Positions 11,601-26,030 of a stretch of 59,496 nucleotides of DNA are shown piece after piece; the first letter of the stretch is position 1, and each line of letters starts with the position of its first letter. Where the stretch lies: positions 1 through 59,496 of the forward strand of contig JBHGNT010000178.1 of the NCBI GenBank assembly GCA_043228905.1, written 5' to 3'. A program made the position numbers and the translations under genes. This stretch comes from Azolla caroliniana. Taxonomy: Eukaryota > Plantae > Polypodiophyta. The notes beneath the pieces are model-generated. The model searched no databases and was not told the DNA's origin. It worked only from the letters and a program-made list of their open reading frames with translations.

Positions 11601-14600
11601 CTCTCAACTCACTCCTCAAATTTGGTAATTCCGTCATGTATCTCGACCTCAGTGTCAAAATCTTGATTTTTTAATTCAATATCATAGGTAGCGTTGTTAG
11701 CTTCAATTCGCATGTTTGAACACAAAAATCCGATATTACACGAGCCAGGTATGAACATTTTAATTTACTCAAGGGCTCCTCTCAACTCACTCCTCAAATT
11801 TGGTAATTACGTCATGTCTCTCGACCTGAGTTTCAAAATCTTGATTTTTTAATTCCATATCATAGCTAGCGTTGTTAGCTTCGATTCGCATGTTTGAACA
11901 CAAAAATACGATATGATACGTGCCAGGTATGAACATTTTAATTTACTCAGGGCTCTTCTCAACTCACTCCACAAATTTGGAAATTTCGTCATGTCTCTCG
12001 ACCTGAGTTTCAAAATCTTGATTTTTTAATTCCATATCATAGCTAGCGTTGTTAGCTTCGATTCGCATGTTTGAACACAAAAATCCGATATAATACGAGC
12101 CAGGTATGAACATTTTAATTTAGTCAAGGGCTCCTCTCAACTCACTCCTCAAATTCGGTAATTCCGTCATGTGTCTCGACCTGAGTTTCAAAATCTTGAT
12201 TTTTTAATTCCGTATCATACCTAGCGTTGTTAGCTTCGATTCCCATGTTTGACCACAAAAATCCGATATCACACGAGCCAAGTATGAACATTTTAATTTA
12301 CCTCCTAGCTCTTCTCCACTCACTCCTCAAATTTGGTAATTTCTTCATGTCTCTCGACCTGAGTTTCAAAATCTTGATTTTTTAATTCCATATCATAGCT
12401 AGCGTTGTTAGCTTCGATTCGCATGTTTGAACACAAAAATCCGATATTACACGAGCCAGGTATGAACATTTTCATTTACTCAAGGGCTCCTCTCAAGTCA
12501 CTCCTCAAATTTGGTAATTTCTTCATGTCTCTCGACCTGAGTTTCAAAATCTTGATTTTTTAATTCCATATCATAGCTAGCATTGTTAGCTTCGATTCGC
12601 ATGTTTGAACACAAATATACGATATCACACGAGCCAGGTATGAACTATTTAATTTACCTCCTAGCTCTTCTCAACTCACTCCTCAAATTTGGAAATTTCG
12701 TCATGTCCCTCGACCTGAGTTTCAAAATCTTGATTTTTTAATTCCATATAATAGCTAGCGTTGTTAGCTTCGATTCGCATGTTTGAACACAAAAATCCGA
12801 TATTACACGAGCCAGGTATGAACATTTTCATTTACTCAAGGGCTCCTCTCAAGTCACTCCTCAAATTTGGTAATTTCTTCATGTCTGTCGACCTGAGTTT
12901 CAAAATCTTGATTTTTTAATTCCATATCATAGCTAACGTTGTTAGCTTCGATTCGCATGTTTGAACACAAAAACCCTATATTACACGAGCCAGGTATGAA
13001 CATTTTAAATTACTCAAGGGCTCCTCTCAACTCACTCCTCAAATTTGGTAATTCCGTCATGTATCTCGACCTGAGTGTCAAAATCTTGATTTGTTAATTC
13101 CATATCATAGGTAGCGTTGTTAGCTTCAATTCGCATGTTTGAACACAAAAATCCGATATTACACGAGCCAGGTATGAACATTTTAATTTACTCAAGGGCT
13201 CCTCTCAACTCACTCCTCAAATTTGGTAATTTCGTCATGTCTCTCGACCTGAGTGTCAAAATCTTGATTTTTTAATTCCATAATATAGCTAGCGTTGTTA
13301 GCTTCGATTCGCATGTTTGAACACAAAAATTCGATATCACACAAGCCAGGTATGAACATTTTAATTTACCTCCTAGCTCTTCTCAACTCACTCCTCAAAT
13401 TTGGTGATTTCATCATGTCTCTCGATCTGAGTTTCAAAATCTTGATTTTTTAATTCCATATCATAGCTAGCGTTGTTAGCTTCGATTCCCATGTTTGAAC
13501 ACAAAAATCCGATATGAGACGAGCCAGATATGAACATTTTAATTTACTCAAGGGCTCCTCTCAACTCACTCCTCAAATTTGGAAATTTCGTCATGTCTCT
13601 CGACCTGAGTTTCAAAATCTTGATTTTTTAATTCCATATCATAGCTAGCGTTGTTAGCTTCGATTCGCATGTTTCAACACAAAAATCCGATATTACACGA
13701 GCCAGGTATGAACATTTTGATTTACTCAAGGGCTCCTCTCAACTCACTACTTAAATTTGGAAATTTCGTCATGTCTCTCGACCTGAGTTTCAAAATCTTG
13801 ATTTTTTAATTCCATATCATAGCTAGCGTTGTTAGCTTCGATTCGCATGTTTGAACACAAAAATCCGATATCACACGAGCCAGGTATGGACATTTTCATT
13901 TACCTCCTAGCTCTTCTCCACTCACTCCTCAAATTTGGTAATTTCTTCAAGTCTCTCGACCTGAGTTTTAAAATCTTGATTTTTTAATTTCATATCATAG
14001 CTAGCGTTGTTAGCTTCGATTCGCATGTTTGAACACAAAAATCCGATATGATACGTGCCAGGTATGAACATTTTAATTTACTCAGGGCTCTTCTCAACTC
14101 ACTCCACAAATTTGGAAATTTCGTCATGTCTCTCGACCTGAGTTTCAAAATCTTGATTTTTTAATTCCATATCATAGCTAGCGTTGTTAGCTTCGATTCG
14201 CATGTTTGAACCCAAAAATCCGATATAATACGAGCCAGGTATGAACATTTTAATTTAGTCAAGGGCTCCTCTCAACTCACTCCTCAAATTCGGTAATTCC
14301 GTCATGTGTCTCGACCTGAGTTTCAAAATCTTGATTTTTTAATTCCGTATCATACCTAGCGTTGTTAGCTTCGATTCCCATGTTTGACCACAAAAATCCG
14401 ATATCACACGAGCCAAGTATGAACATTTTAATTTACCTCCTAGCTCTTCTCCACTCACTCCTCAAATTTGGTAATTTCTTCATGTCTCTCGACCTGAGTT
14501 TCAAAATCTTGATTTTTTAATTCCATATCATAGCTAGCGTTGTTAGCTTCGATTCGCATGTTTGAACACAAAAATCCGATATTACACGAGCCAGGTATGA

Positions 14601-17600
14601 ACATTTTCATTTACTCAAGGGCTCCTCTCAAGTCACTCCTCAAATTTGGTAATTTCTTCATGTCTGTCGACCTGAGTTTCAAAATCTTGATTTTTTAATT
14701 CCATATCATAGCTAACGTTGTTAGCTTCGATTCGCATGTTTGAACACAAAAACCCTATATTACACGAGCCAGGTATGAACATTTTAAATTACTCAAGGGC
14801 TCCTCTCAACTCACTCCTCAAATTTGGTAATTCCGTCATGTGTCTCGACCTGAGTTTCAAAATCTTGATTTTTTAATTCCGTATCATACCTAGCGTTGTT
14901 AGCTTCGATTCGGATGTTTGACCACAAAAATCCGATATCACACGAGCCAAGTATGAACATTTTAATTTACCTCCTAGCTCTTCTCCACTCACTCCTCAAA
15001 TTTGGTAATTTCTTCATGTCTCTCGACCTGAGTTTCAAAATCTTGATTTTTTAATTCCATATCATAGCTAGCGTTGTTAGCTTCGATTCGCATGTTTGAA
15101 CACAAAAATCCTATATTACACGAGCCAGGTATGAACATTTTGATTTACTCAAGGGCTCCTCTCAACTCACTCCTCAAATTTGGTAATTTCGTCATGTCTC
15201 TCGCCCTGAGTTTCAAAATCTTGCTTTTTTAATTCCATGTCATAGCTAGCGTTGTTAGCTTCGATTCGCATGTTTGAACACAAAAATCCGATATCACACG
15301 AGCTAGGTATGAACATTTTCGTTTACCCACTAGCTTGTCTTAACTCACTCCTCAAATTTGGTAATTTCATCATGTCTCTCGACCTGAGTTTCAAAATCTT
15401 GATTTTTTAATTCCATATCATAGCTAGCGTTGTTAGCTTCGATTCGCATGTTTGAACACAAAAATCCGATATCACACGTGCCAGGTATGAACATTTTAAT
15501 TTACTCAAGGGCTCCTCTCAACTCACTCCTCAAATTTGGTAATTTCTTCATGTCTCTCGACCTGAGTTTCAAAATCTTGATTTTTTAATTCCATATCATA
15601 GCTAGCATTGTTAGCTTCGATTCGCATGTTTGAACACAAATATACGATATCACACGAGCCAGGTATGAACTATTTAATTTACCTCCTAGCTCTTCTCAAC
15701 TCACTCCTCAAATTTGGAAATTTCGTCATGTCTCTCGACCTGAGTTTCAAAATCTTGATTTTTTAATTCCATATCATAGCTAGCGTTGTTAGCTTCGATT
15801 CGCATGTTTGAACACAAAAATCCGATATTACACGAGCCAGGTATGAACATTTTCATTTACTCAAGGGCTCCTCTCAAGTCACTCCTCAAATTTGGTAATT
15901 TCTTCATGTCTGTCGACCTGAGTTTCAAAATCTTGATTTTTTAATTCCATATCATAGCTAACGTTGTTAGCTTCGATTCGCATGTTTGAACACAAAAACC
16001 CTATATTACACGAGCCAGGTATGAACATTTTAAATTACTCAAGGGCTCCTCTCAACTCACTCCTCAAATTTGGTAATTCCGTCATGTGTCTCGACCTGAG
16101 TTTCAAAATCTTGATTTTTTAATTCCGTATCATACCTAGCGTTGTTAGCTTCGATTCGGATGTTTGACCACAAAAATCCGATATCACACGAGCCAAGTAT
16201 GAACATTTTAATTTACCTCCTAGCTCTTCTCCACTCACTCCTCAAATTTGGTAATTTCTTCATGTCTCTCGACCTGAGTTTCAAAATCTTGATTTTTTAA
16301 TTCCATATCATAGCTAGCGTTGTTAGCTTCGATTCGCATGTTTGAACACAAAAATCCTATATTACACGAGCCAGGTATGAACATTTTGATTTACTCAAGG
16401 GCTCCTCTCAACTCACTCCTCAAATTTGGTAATTTCGTCATGTCTCTCGCCCTGAGTTTCAAAATCTTGATTTTTTAATTCCGTATCATACCTAGCGTTG
16501 TTAGCTTCGATTCACATGTTTGAACACAAAAACCCTATATTACACGAGCCAGGTATGAACATTTTAATTTACTCAAGGGCTCCTCTCAACTCACTCCTCA
16601 AATTTGGTAATTCCGTCATGTATCTCGACCTGAGTTTCAAAATCTTGATTTTTTAATTCCATATCAGAGCTAGCGTTGTTAGCTTCGATTCCCATGTTTG
16701 AACACAAAAATCCGATATCACACGTGCCAGGTATGAACATTTTCATTTACTCAAGGGCTCCTCTCAACTCACTACTCAAATTTGGTAATTTCGTCATGTC
16801 TCTCGACCTGAGTTTCAAAATATTGATTTTTTAATTCCATATCATAGCTAGCGTTGTTAGCTTCGATTCGCATGTTTGAACACAAAAATCTGATATGATA
16901 CGAGCCAGGTATGAACATTTTAATTTACTCAAGGGCTCCTCTCAACTCACTCCTCAAATTTGGTAATTCCGTCATGTGTCTCGACCTGAGTTTCAAAATC
17001 TTGATTTTTTAATTCCGTATCATACCTAGCGTTGTTAGCTTCGATTCGCATGTTTGACCACAAAAATCCGATATCACACGAGCCAAGTATGAACATTTTA
17101 ATTTACCTCCTAGCTCTTCTCCACTCACTCCTCAAATTTGGTAATTTCTTCAAGTCTCTGGACCTGAGTTTCAAAATCTTGATTTTTTAATTCCATATCA
17201 TAGCTAGCGTTGTTAGCTTCGATTCGCATGTTTGAACACAAAAATCCGATATCACACGAGCCAGGTATGAACTATTTAATTTACCTCCTAGCTCTTCTCA
17301 ACTCACTCCTCAAATTTGGAAATTTTGTCATGTCTCTCGACCTGAGTTTCAAAATCTTGATTTTTTAATTCCATGTCATAGCTAGCGTTGTTAGCTTCGA
17401 TTCGCATGTTTGAACACAAAAATCCGATATTACACGAGCCAGGTATGAACATTTTCATTTACTCAAGGGCTCCTCTCAACTCACTACTCAAATTTGGTAA
17501 TTTCGTCATGTCTCTCGACCTGAGTTTCAAAATCTTGATTTTTTAATTCCATATCATAGCTAGCGTTGTTAGCTTCGATTCGCATGTTTGACCACAAAAA

Positions 17601-20600
17601 TTCGATATCACAAAAGCCAGGTATGAACATTTTAATTTACCTCCTAGCGTTGTTAGCTTCGATTCGCATGTTTGAACACAAAAACCCTATATTACACGAG
17701 CCAGGTATGAACATTTTAATTTACTCAAGGGCTCCTCTCAACTCACTCCTCAAATTTGGTAATTCCGTCATGTATCTCGACCTGAGTTTCAAAATCTTGA
17801 TTTTTTAATTCCATATCAGAGCTAGCGTTGTTAGCTTCGATTCCCATGTTTGAACACAAAAATCCGATATCACACGTGCCAGGTATGAACATTTTCATTT
17901 ACTCAAGGGCTCCTCTCAACTCACTACTCAAATTTGGTAATTTCGTCATGTCTCTCGACCTGAGTTTCAAAATATTGATTTTTTAATTCTATATCATAGC
18001 TAGCGTTGTTAGCTTCGATTCGCATGTTTGAACACAAAAATCTGATATGATACGAGCCAGGTATGAACATTTTAATTTACTCAAGGGCTCCTCTCAACTC
18101 ACTCCTCAAATTTGGTAATTCCGTCATGTGTCTCGACCTGAGTTTCAAAATCTTGATTTTTTAATTCCGTATCATACCTAGCGTTGTTAGCTTCGATTCG
18201 CATGTTTGACCACAAAAATCCGATATCACACGAGCCAAGTATGAACATTTTAATTTACCTCCTAGCTCTTCTCCACTCACTCCTCAAATTTGGTAATTTC
18301 TTCAAGTCTCTGGACCTGAGTTTCAAAATCTTGATTTTTTAATTCCATATCATAGCTAGCGTTGTTAGCTTCGATTCGCATGTTTGAACACAAAAATCCG
18401 ATATCACACGAGCCAGGTATGAACTATTTAATTTACCTCCTAGCTCTTCTCAACTCACTCCTCAAATTTGGAAATTTTGTCATGTCTCTCGACCTGAGTT
18501 TCAAAATCTTGATTTTTTAATTCCATGTCATAGCTAGCGTTGTTAGCTTCGATTCGCATGTTTGAACACAAAAATCCGATATTACACGAGCCAGGTATGA
18601 ACATTTTCATTTACTCAAGGGCTCCTCTCAACTCACTACTCAAATTTGGTAATTTCGTCATGTCTCTCGACCTGAGTTTCAAAATCTTGATTTTTTAATT
18701 CCATATCATAGCTAGCGTTGTTAGCTTCGATTCGCATGTTTGACCACAAAAATTCGATATCACAAAAGCCAGGTATGAACATTTTAATTTACCTCCTAGC
18801 GTTGTTAGCTTCGATTCGCATGTTTGAACACAAATATACGATATCACATGAGCCAAGTATGAACTATTTAATTTACCTCCTAGCTCTTCTCAACTCACTC
18901 CTCAAATTTGGAAATTTTGTCATGTCTCTCGACCTGAGTTTCAAAATCTTGATTTTTTAATTCCATATCATAGCTAGCGTTGTTAGCTTCGATTCGCATG
19001 TTTGAACACAAAAATCCTATATTACACGAGCCAGGTATGAACATTTTGATTTACTCAAGGGCTCCTCTCAACTCACTCCTCAAATTTGGTAATTTCGTCA
19101 TGTCTCTCGCCCTGAGTTTCAAAATCTTGATTTTTTAATTCCGTATCATACCTAGCGTTGTTAGCTTCGATTCACATGTTTGAACACAAAAACCCTATAT
19201 TACACGAGCCAGGTATGAACATTTTAATTTACTCAAGGGCTCCTCTCAACTCACTCCTCAAATTTGGTAATTCCGTCATGTATCTCGACCTGAGTTTCAA
19301 AATCTTGATTTTTTAATTCCATATCAGAGCTAGCGTTGTTAGCTTCGATTCCCATGTTTGAACACAAAAATCCGATATCACACGTGCCAGGTATGAACAT
19401 TTTCATTTACTCAAGGGCTCCTCTCAACTCACTACTCAAATTTGGTAATTTCGTCATGTCTCTCGACCTGAGTTTCAAAATATTGATTTTTTAATTCCAT
19501 ATCATAGCTAGCGTTGTTAGCTTCGATTCGCATGTTTGAACACAAAAATCTGATATGATACGAGCCAGGTATGAACATTTTAATTTACTCAAGGGCTCCT
19601 CTCAACTCACTCCTCAAATTTGGTAATTCCGTCATGTGTCTCGACCTGAGTTTCAAAATCTTGATTTTTTAATTCCGTATCATACCTAGCGTTGTTAGCT
19701 TCGATTCGCATGTTTGACCACAAAAATCCGATATCACACGAGCCAAGTATGAACATTTTAATTTACCTCCTAGCTCTTCTCCACTCACTCCTCAAATTTG
19801 GTAATTTCTTCAAGTCTCTGGACCTGAGTTTCAAAATCTTGATTTTTTAATTCCATATCATAGCTAGCGTTGTTAGCTTCGATTCGCATGTTTGAACACA
19901 AAAATCCGATATCACACGAGCCAGGTATGAACTATTTAATTTACCTCCTAGCTCTTCTCAACTCACTCCTCAAATTTGGAAATTTTGTCATGTCTCTCGA
20001 CCTGAGTTTCAAAATCTTGATTTTTTAATTCCATGTCATAGCTAGCGTTGTTAGCTTCGATTCGCATGTTTGAACACAAAAATCCGATATTACACGAGCC
20101 AGGTATGAACATTTTCATTTACTCAAGGGCTCCTCTCAACTCACTACTCAAATTTGGTAATTTCGTCATGTCTCTCGACCTGAGTTTCAAAATCTTGATT
20201 TTTTAATTCCATATCATAGCTAGCGTTGTTAGCTTCGATTCGCATGTTTGACCACAAAAATTCGATATCACAAAAGCCAGGTATGAACATTTTAATTTAC
20301 CTCCTAGCGTTGTTAGCTTCGATTCGCATGTTTGAACACAAAAACCCTATATTACACGAGCCAGGTATGAACATTTTAATTTACTCAAGGGCTCCTCTCA
20401 ACTCACTCCTCAAATTTGGTAATTCCGTCATGTATCTCGACCTGAGTTTCAAAATCTTGATTTTTTAATTCCATATCAGAGCTAGCGTTGTTAGCTTCGA
20501 TTCCCATGTTTGAACACAAAAATCCGATATCACACGTGCCAGGTATGAACATTTTCATTTACTCAAGGGCTCCTCTCAACTCACTACTCAAATTTGGTAA

Positions 20601-23600
20601 TTTCGTCATGTCTCTCGACCTGAGTTTCAAAATATTGATTTTTTAATTCTATATCATAGCTAGCGTTGTTAGCTTCGATTCGCATGTTTGAACACAAAAA
20701 TCTGATATGATACGAGCCAGGTATGAACATTTTAATTTACTCAAGGGCTCCTCTCAACTCACTCCTCAAATTTGGTAATTCCGTCATGTGTCTCGACCTG
20801 AGTTTCAAAATCTTGATTTTTTAATTCCGTATCATACCTAGCGTTGTTAGCTTCGATTCGCATGTTTGACCACAAAAATCCGATATCACACGAGCCAAGT
20901 ATGAACATTTTAATTTACCTCCTAGCTCTTCTCCACTCACTCCTCAAATTTGGTAATTTCTTCAAGTCTCTGGACCTGAGTTTCAAAATCTTGATTTTTT
21001 AATTCCATATCATAGCTAGCGTTGTTAGCTTCGATTCGCATGTTTGAACACAAAAATCCGATATCACACGAGCCAGGTATGAACTATTTAATTTACCTCC
21101 TAGCTCTTCTCAACTCACTCCTCAAATTTGGAAATTTTGTCATGTCTCTCGACCTGAGTTTCAAAATCTTGATTTTTTAATTCCATGTCATAGCTAGCGT
21201 TGTTAGCTTCGATTCGCATGTTTGAACACAAAAATCCGATATTACACGAGCCAGGTATGAACATTTTCATTTACTCAAGGGCTCCTCTCAACTCACTACT
21301 CAAATTTGGTAATTTCGTCATGTCTCTCGACCTGAGTTTCAAAATCTTGATTTTTTAATTCCATATCATAGCTAGCGTTGTTAGCTTCGATTCGCATGTT
21401 TGACCACAAAAATTCGATATCACAAAAGCCAGGTATGAACATTTTAATTTACCTCCTAGCGTTGTTAGCTTCGATTCGCATGTTTGAACACAAATATACG
21501 ATATCACATGAGCCAAGTATGAACTATTTAATTTACCTCCTAGCTCTTCTCAACTCACTCCTCAAATTTGGAAATTTTGTCATGTCTCTCGACCTGAGTT
21601 TCAAAATCTTGATTTTTTAATTCCATATCATAGCTAGCGTTGTTAGCTTCGATTCACATGTTTGAACACAAAAACCCTATATTACACGAGCCAGGTATGA
21701 ACATTTTAATTTACTCAAGGGCTCCTCTCAACTCACTCCTCAAATTTGGTAATTCCGTCATGTGTCTCGACCTGAGTTTCAAAATCTTGATTTTTTAATT
21801 CCGTATCATACCTAGCGTTGTTAGCTTCGATTCGGATGTTTGACCACAAAAATCCGATATCACACGAGCCAAGTATGAACATTTTAATTTACCTCCTAGC
21901 TCTTCTCCACTCACTCCTCAAATTTGGTAATTTCTTCATGTCTCTCGACCTGAGTTTCAAAATCTTGATTTTTTAATTCCATATCATAGCTAGCGTTGTT
22001 AGCTTCGATTCGCATGTTTGAACACAAAAATCCGATATAATACGAGCCAGGTATGAACATTTTGATTTACTCAAGGGCTCCTCTCAACTCACTCCTCAAA
22101 TTTGGTAATTCCGTCATGTATCTCGACCTCAGTGTCAAAATCTTGATTTTTTAATTCAATATCATAGGTAGCGTTGTTAGCTTCAATTCGCATGTTTGAA
22201 CACAAAAATCCGATATTACACGAGCCAGGTATGAACATTTTAATTTACTCAAGGGCTCCTCTCAACTCACTCCTCAAATTTGGTAATTACGTCATGTCTC
22301 TCGACCTGAGTTTCAAAATCTTGATTTTTTAATTCCATATCATAGCTAGCGTTGTTAGCTTCGATTCGCATGTTTGAACACAAAAATCCGATATTACACG
22401 AGCCAGGTATGAACATTTTCATTTACTCAAGGGCTCCTCTCAAGTCACTCCTCAAATTTGGTAATTTCTTCATGTCTCTCGACCTGAGTTTCAAAATCTT
22501 GATTTTTTAATTCCATATCATAGCTAGCATTGTTAGCTTCGATTCGCATGTTTGAACACAAATATACGATATCACACGAGCCAGGTATGAACTATTTAAT
22601 TTACCTCCTAGCTCTTCTCAACTCACTCCTCAAATTTGGAAATTTCGTCATGTCCCTCGACCTGAGTTTCAAAATCTTGATTTTTTAATTCCATATAATA
22701 GCTAGCGTTGTTAGCTTCGATTCGCATGTTTGAACACAAAAATCCGATATTACACGAGCCAGGTATGAACATTTTCATTTACTCAAGGGCTCCTCTCAAG
22801 TCACTCCTCAAATTTGGTAATTTCTTCATGTCTGTCGACCTGAGTTTCAAAATCTTGATTTTTTAATTCCATATCATAGCTAACGTTGTTAGCTTCGATT
22901 CGCATGTTTGAACACAAAAACCCTATATTACACGAGCCAGGTATGAACATTTTAAATTACTCAAGGGCTCCTCTCAACTCACTCCTCAAATTTGGTAATT
23001 CCGTCATGTATCTCGACCTGAGTGTCAAAATCTTGATTTGTTAATTCCATATCATAGGTAGCGTTGTTAGCTTCAATTCGCATGTTTGAACACAAAAATC
23101 CGATATTACACGAGCCAGGTATGAACATTTTAATTTACTCAAGGGCTCCTCTCAACTCACTCCTCAAATTTGGTAATTTCGTCATGTCTCTCGACCTGAG
23201 TGTCAAAATCTTGATTTTTTAATTCCATAAAATAGCTAGCGTTGTTAGCTTCGATTCGCATGTTTGAACACAAAAATTCGATATCACACAAGCCAGGTAT
23301 GAACATTTTAATTTACCTCCTAGCTCTTCTCAACTCACTCCTCAAATTTGGTGATTTCATCATGTCTCTCGATCTGAGTTTCAAAATCTTGATTTTTTAA
23401 TTCCATATCATAGCTAGCGTTGTTAGCTTCGATTCCCATGTTTGAACACAAAAATCCGATATGAGACGAGCCAGATATGAACATTTTAATTTACTCAAGG
23501 GCTCCTCTCAACTCACTCCTCAAATTTGGAAATTTCGTCATGTCTCTCGACCTGAGTTTCAAAATCTTGATTTTTTAATTCCATATCATAGCTAGCGTTG

Positions 23601-26030
23601 TTAGCTTCGATTCGCATGTTTCAACACAAAAATCCGATATTACACGAGCCAGGTATGAACATTTTGATTTACTCAAGGGCTCCTCTCAACTCACTACTTA
23701 AATTTGGAAATTTCGTCATGTCTCTCGACCTGAGTTTCAAAATCTTGATTTTTTAATTCCATATCATAGCTAGCGTTGTTAGCTTCGATTCGCATGTTTG
23801 AACACAAAAATCCGATATCACACGAGCCAGGTATGGACATTTTCATTTACCTCCTAGCTCTTCTCCACTCACTCCTCAAATTTGGTAATTTCTTCAAGTC
23901 TCTCGACCTGAGTTTTAAAATCTTGATTTTTTAATTTCATATCATAGCTAGCGTTGTTAGCTTCGATTCGCATGTTTGAACACAAAAATCCGATATGATA
24001 CGTGCCAGGTATGAACATTTTAATTTACTCAGGGCTCTTCTCAACTCACTCCACAAATTTGGAAATTTCGTCATGTCTCTCGACCTGAGTTTCAAAATCT
24101 TGATTTTTTAATTCCATATCATAGCTAGCGTTGTTAGCTTCGATTCGCATGTTTGAACCCAAAAATCCGATATAATACGAGCCAGGTATGAACATTTTAA
24201 TTTAGTCAAGGGCTCCTCTCAACTCACTCCTCAAATTCGGTAATTCCGTCATGTGTCTCGACCTGAGTTTCAAAATCTTGATTTTTTAATTCCGTATCAT
24301 ACCTAGCGTTGTTAGCTTCGATTCCCATGTTTGACCACAAAAATCCGATATCACACGAGCCAAGTATGAACATTTTAATTTACCTCCTAGCTCTTCTCCA
24401 CTCACTCCTCAAATTTGGTAATTTCTTCATGTCTCTCGACCTGAGTTTCAAAATCTTGATTTTTTAATTCCATATCATAGCTAGCGTTGTTAGCTTCGAT
24501 TCGCATGTTTGAACACAAAAATCCGATATTACACGAGCCAGGTATGAACATTTTCATTTACTCAAGGGCTCCTCTCAAGTCACTCCTCAAATTTGGTAAT
24601 TTCTTCATGTCTGTCGACCTGAGTTTCAAAATCTTGATTTTTTAATTCCATATCATAGCTAACGTTGTTAGCTTCGATTCGCATGTTTGAACACAAAAAC
24701 CCTATATTACACGAGCCAGGTATGAACATTTTAAATTACTCAAGGGCTCCTCTCAACTCACTCCTCAAATTTGGTAATTCCGTCATGTGTCTCGACCTGA
24801 GTTTCAAAATCTTGATTTTTTAATTCCGTATCATACCTAGCGTTGTTAGCTTCGATTCGGATGTTTGACCACAAAAATCCGATATCACACGAGCCAAGTA
24901 TGAACATTTTAATTTACCTCCTAGCTCTTCTCCACTCACTCCTCAAATTTGGTAATTTCTTCATGTCTCTCGACCTGAGTTTCAAAATCTTGATTTTTTA
25001 ATTCCATATCATAGCTAGCGTTGTTAGCTTCGATTCGCATGTTTGAACACAAAAATCCTATATTACACGAGCCAGGTATGAACATTTTGATTTACTCAAG
25101 GGCTCCTCTCAACTCACTCCTCAAATTTGGTAATTTCGTCATGTCTCTCGCCCTGAGTTTCAAAATCTTGCTTTTTTAATTCCATGTCATAGCTAGCGTT
25201 GTTAGCTTCGATTCGCATGTTTGAACACAAAAATCCGATATCACACGAGCTAGGTATGAACATTTTCGTTTACCCACTAGCTCGTCTTAACTCACTCCTC
25301 AAATTTGGTAATTTCATCATGTCTCTCGACCTGAGTTTCAAAATCTTGATTTTTTAATTCCATATCATAGCTAGCGTTGTTAGCTTCGATTCGCATGTTT
25401 GAACACAAAAATCCGATATCACACGTGCCAGGTATGAACATTTTAATTTACTCAAGGGCTCCTCTCAACTCACTCCTCAAATTTGGTAATTTCTTCATGT
25501 CTCTCGACCTGAGTTTCAAAATCTTGATTTTTTAATTCCATATCATAGCTAGCATTGTTAGCTTCGATTCGCATGTTTGAACACAAATATACGATATCAC
25601 ACGAGCCAGGTATGAACTATTTAATTTACCTCCTAGCTCTTCTCAACTCACTCCTCAAATTTGGAAATTTCGTCATGTCTCTCGACCTGAGTTTCAAAAT
25701 CTTGATTTTTTAATTCCATATCATAGCTAGCGTTGTTAGCTTCGATTCGCATGTTTGAACACAAAAATCCGATATTACACGAGCCAGGTATGAACATTTT
25801 CATTTACTCAAGGGCTCCTCTCAAGTCACTCCTCAAATTTGGTAATTTCTTCATGTCTGTCGACCTGAGTTTCAAAATCTTGATTTTTTAATTCCATATC
25901 ATAGCTAACGTTGTTAGCTTCGATTCGCATGTTTGAACACAAAAACCCTATATTACACGAGCCAGGTATGAACATTTTAAATTACTCAAGGGCTCCTCTC
26001 AACTCACTCCTCAAATTTGGTAATTCCGTC
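8664..26030. repeat. Nested higher-order duplications with periods of 1152, 7820 and 2660 bp
   Basis: The 84-bp truncated-monomer junction occurs at 9824, 10976, 17644, 18796, 20304 and 21456 (offsets 1152, 7820, 2660). 1152=6x178+84 and 2660=14x178+2x84. Later markers align at offset 9947 (=10480-533). Confidence 0.85.
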
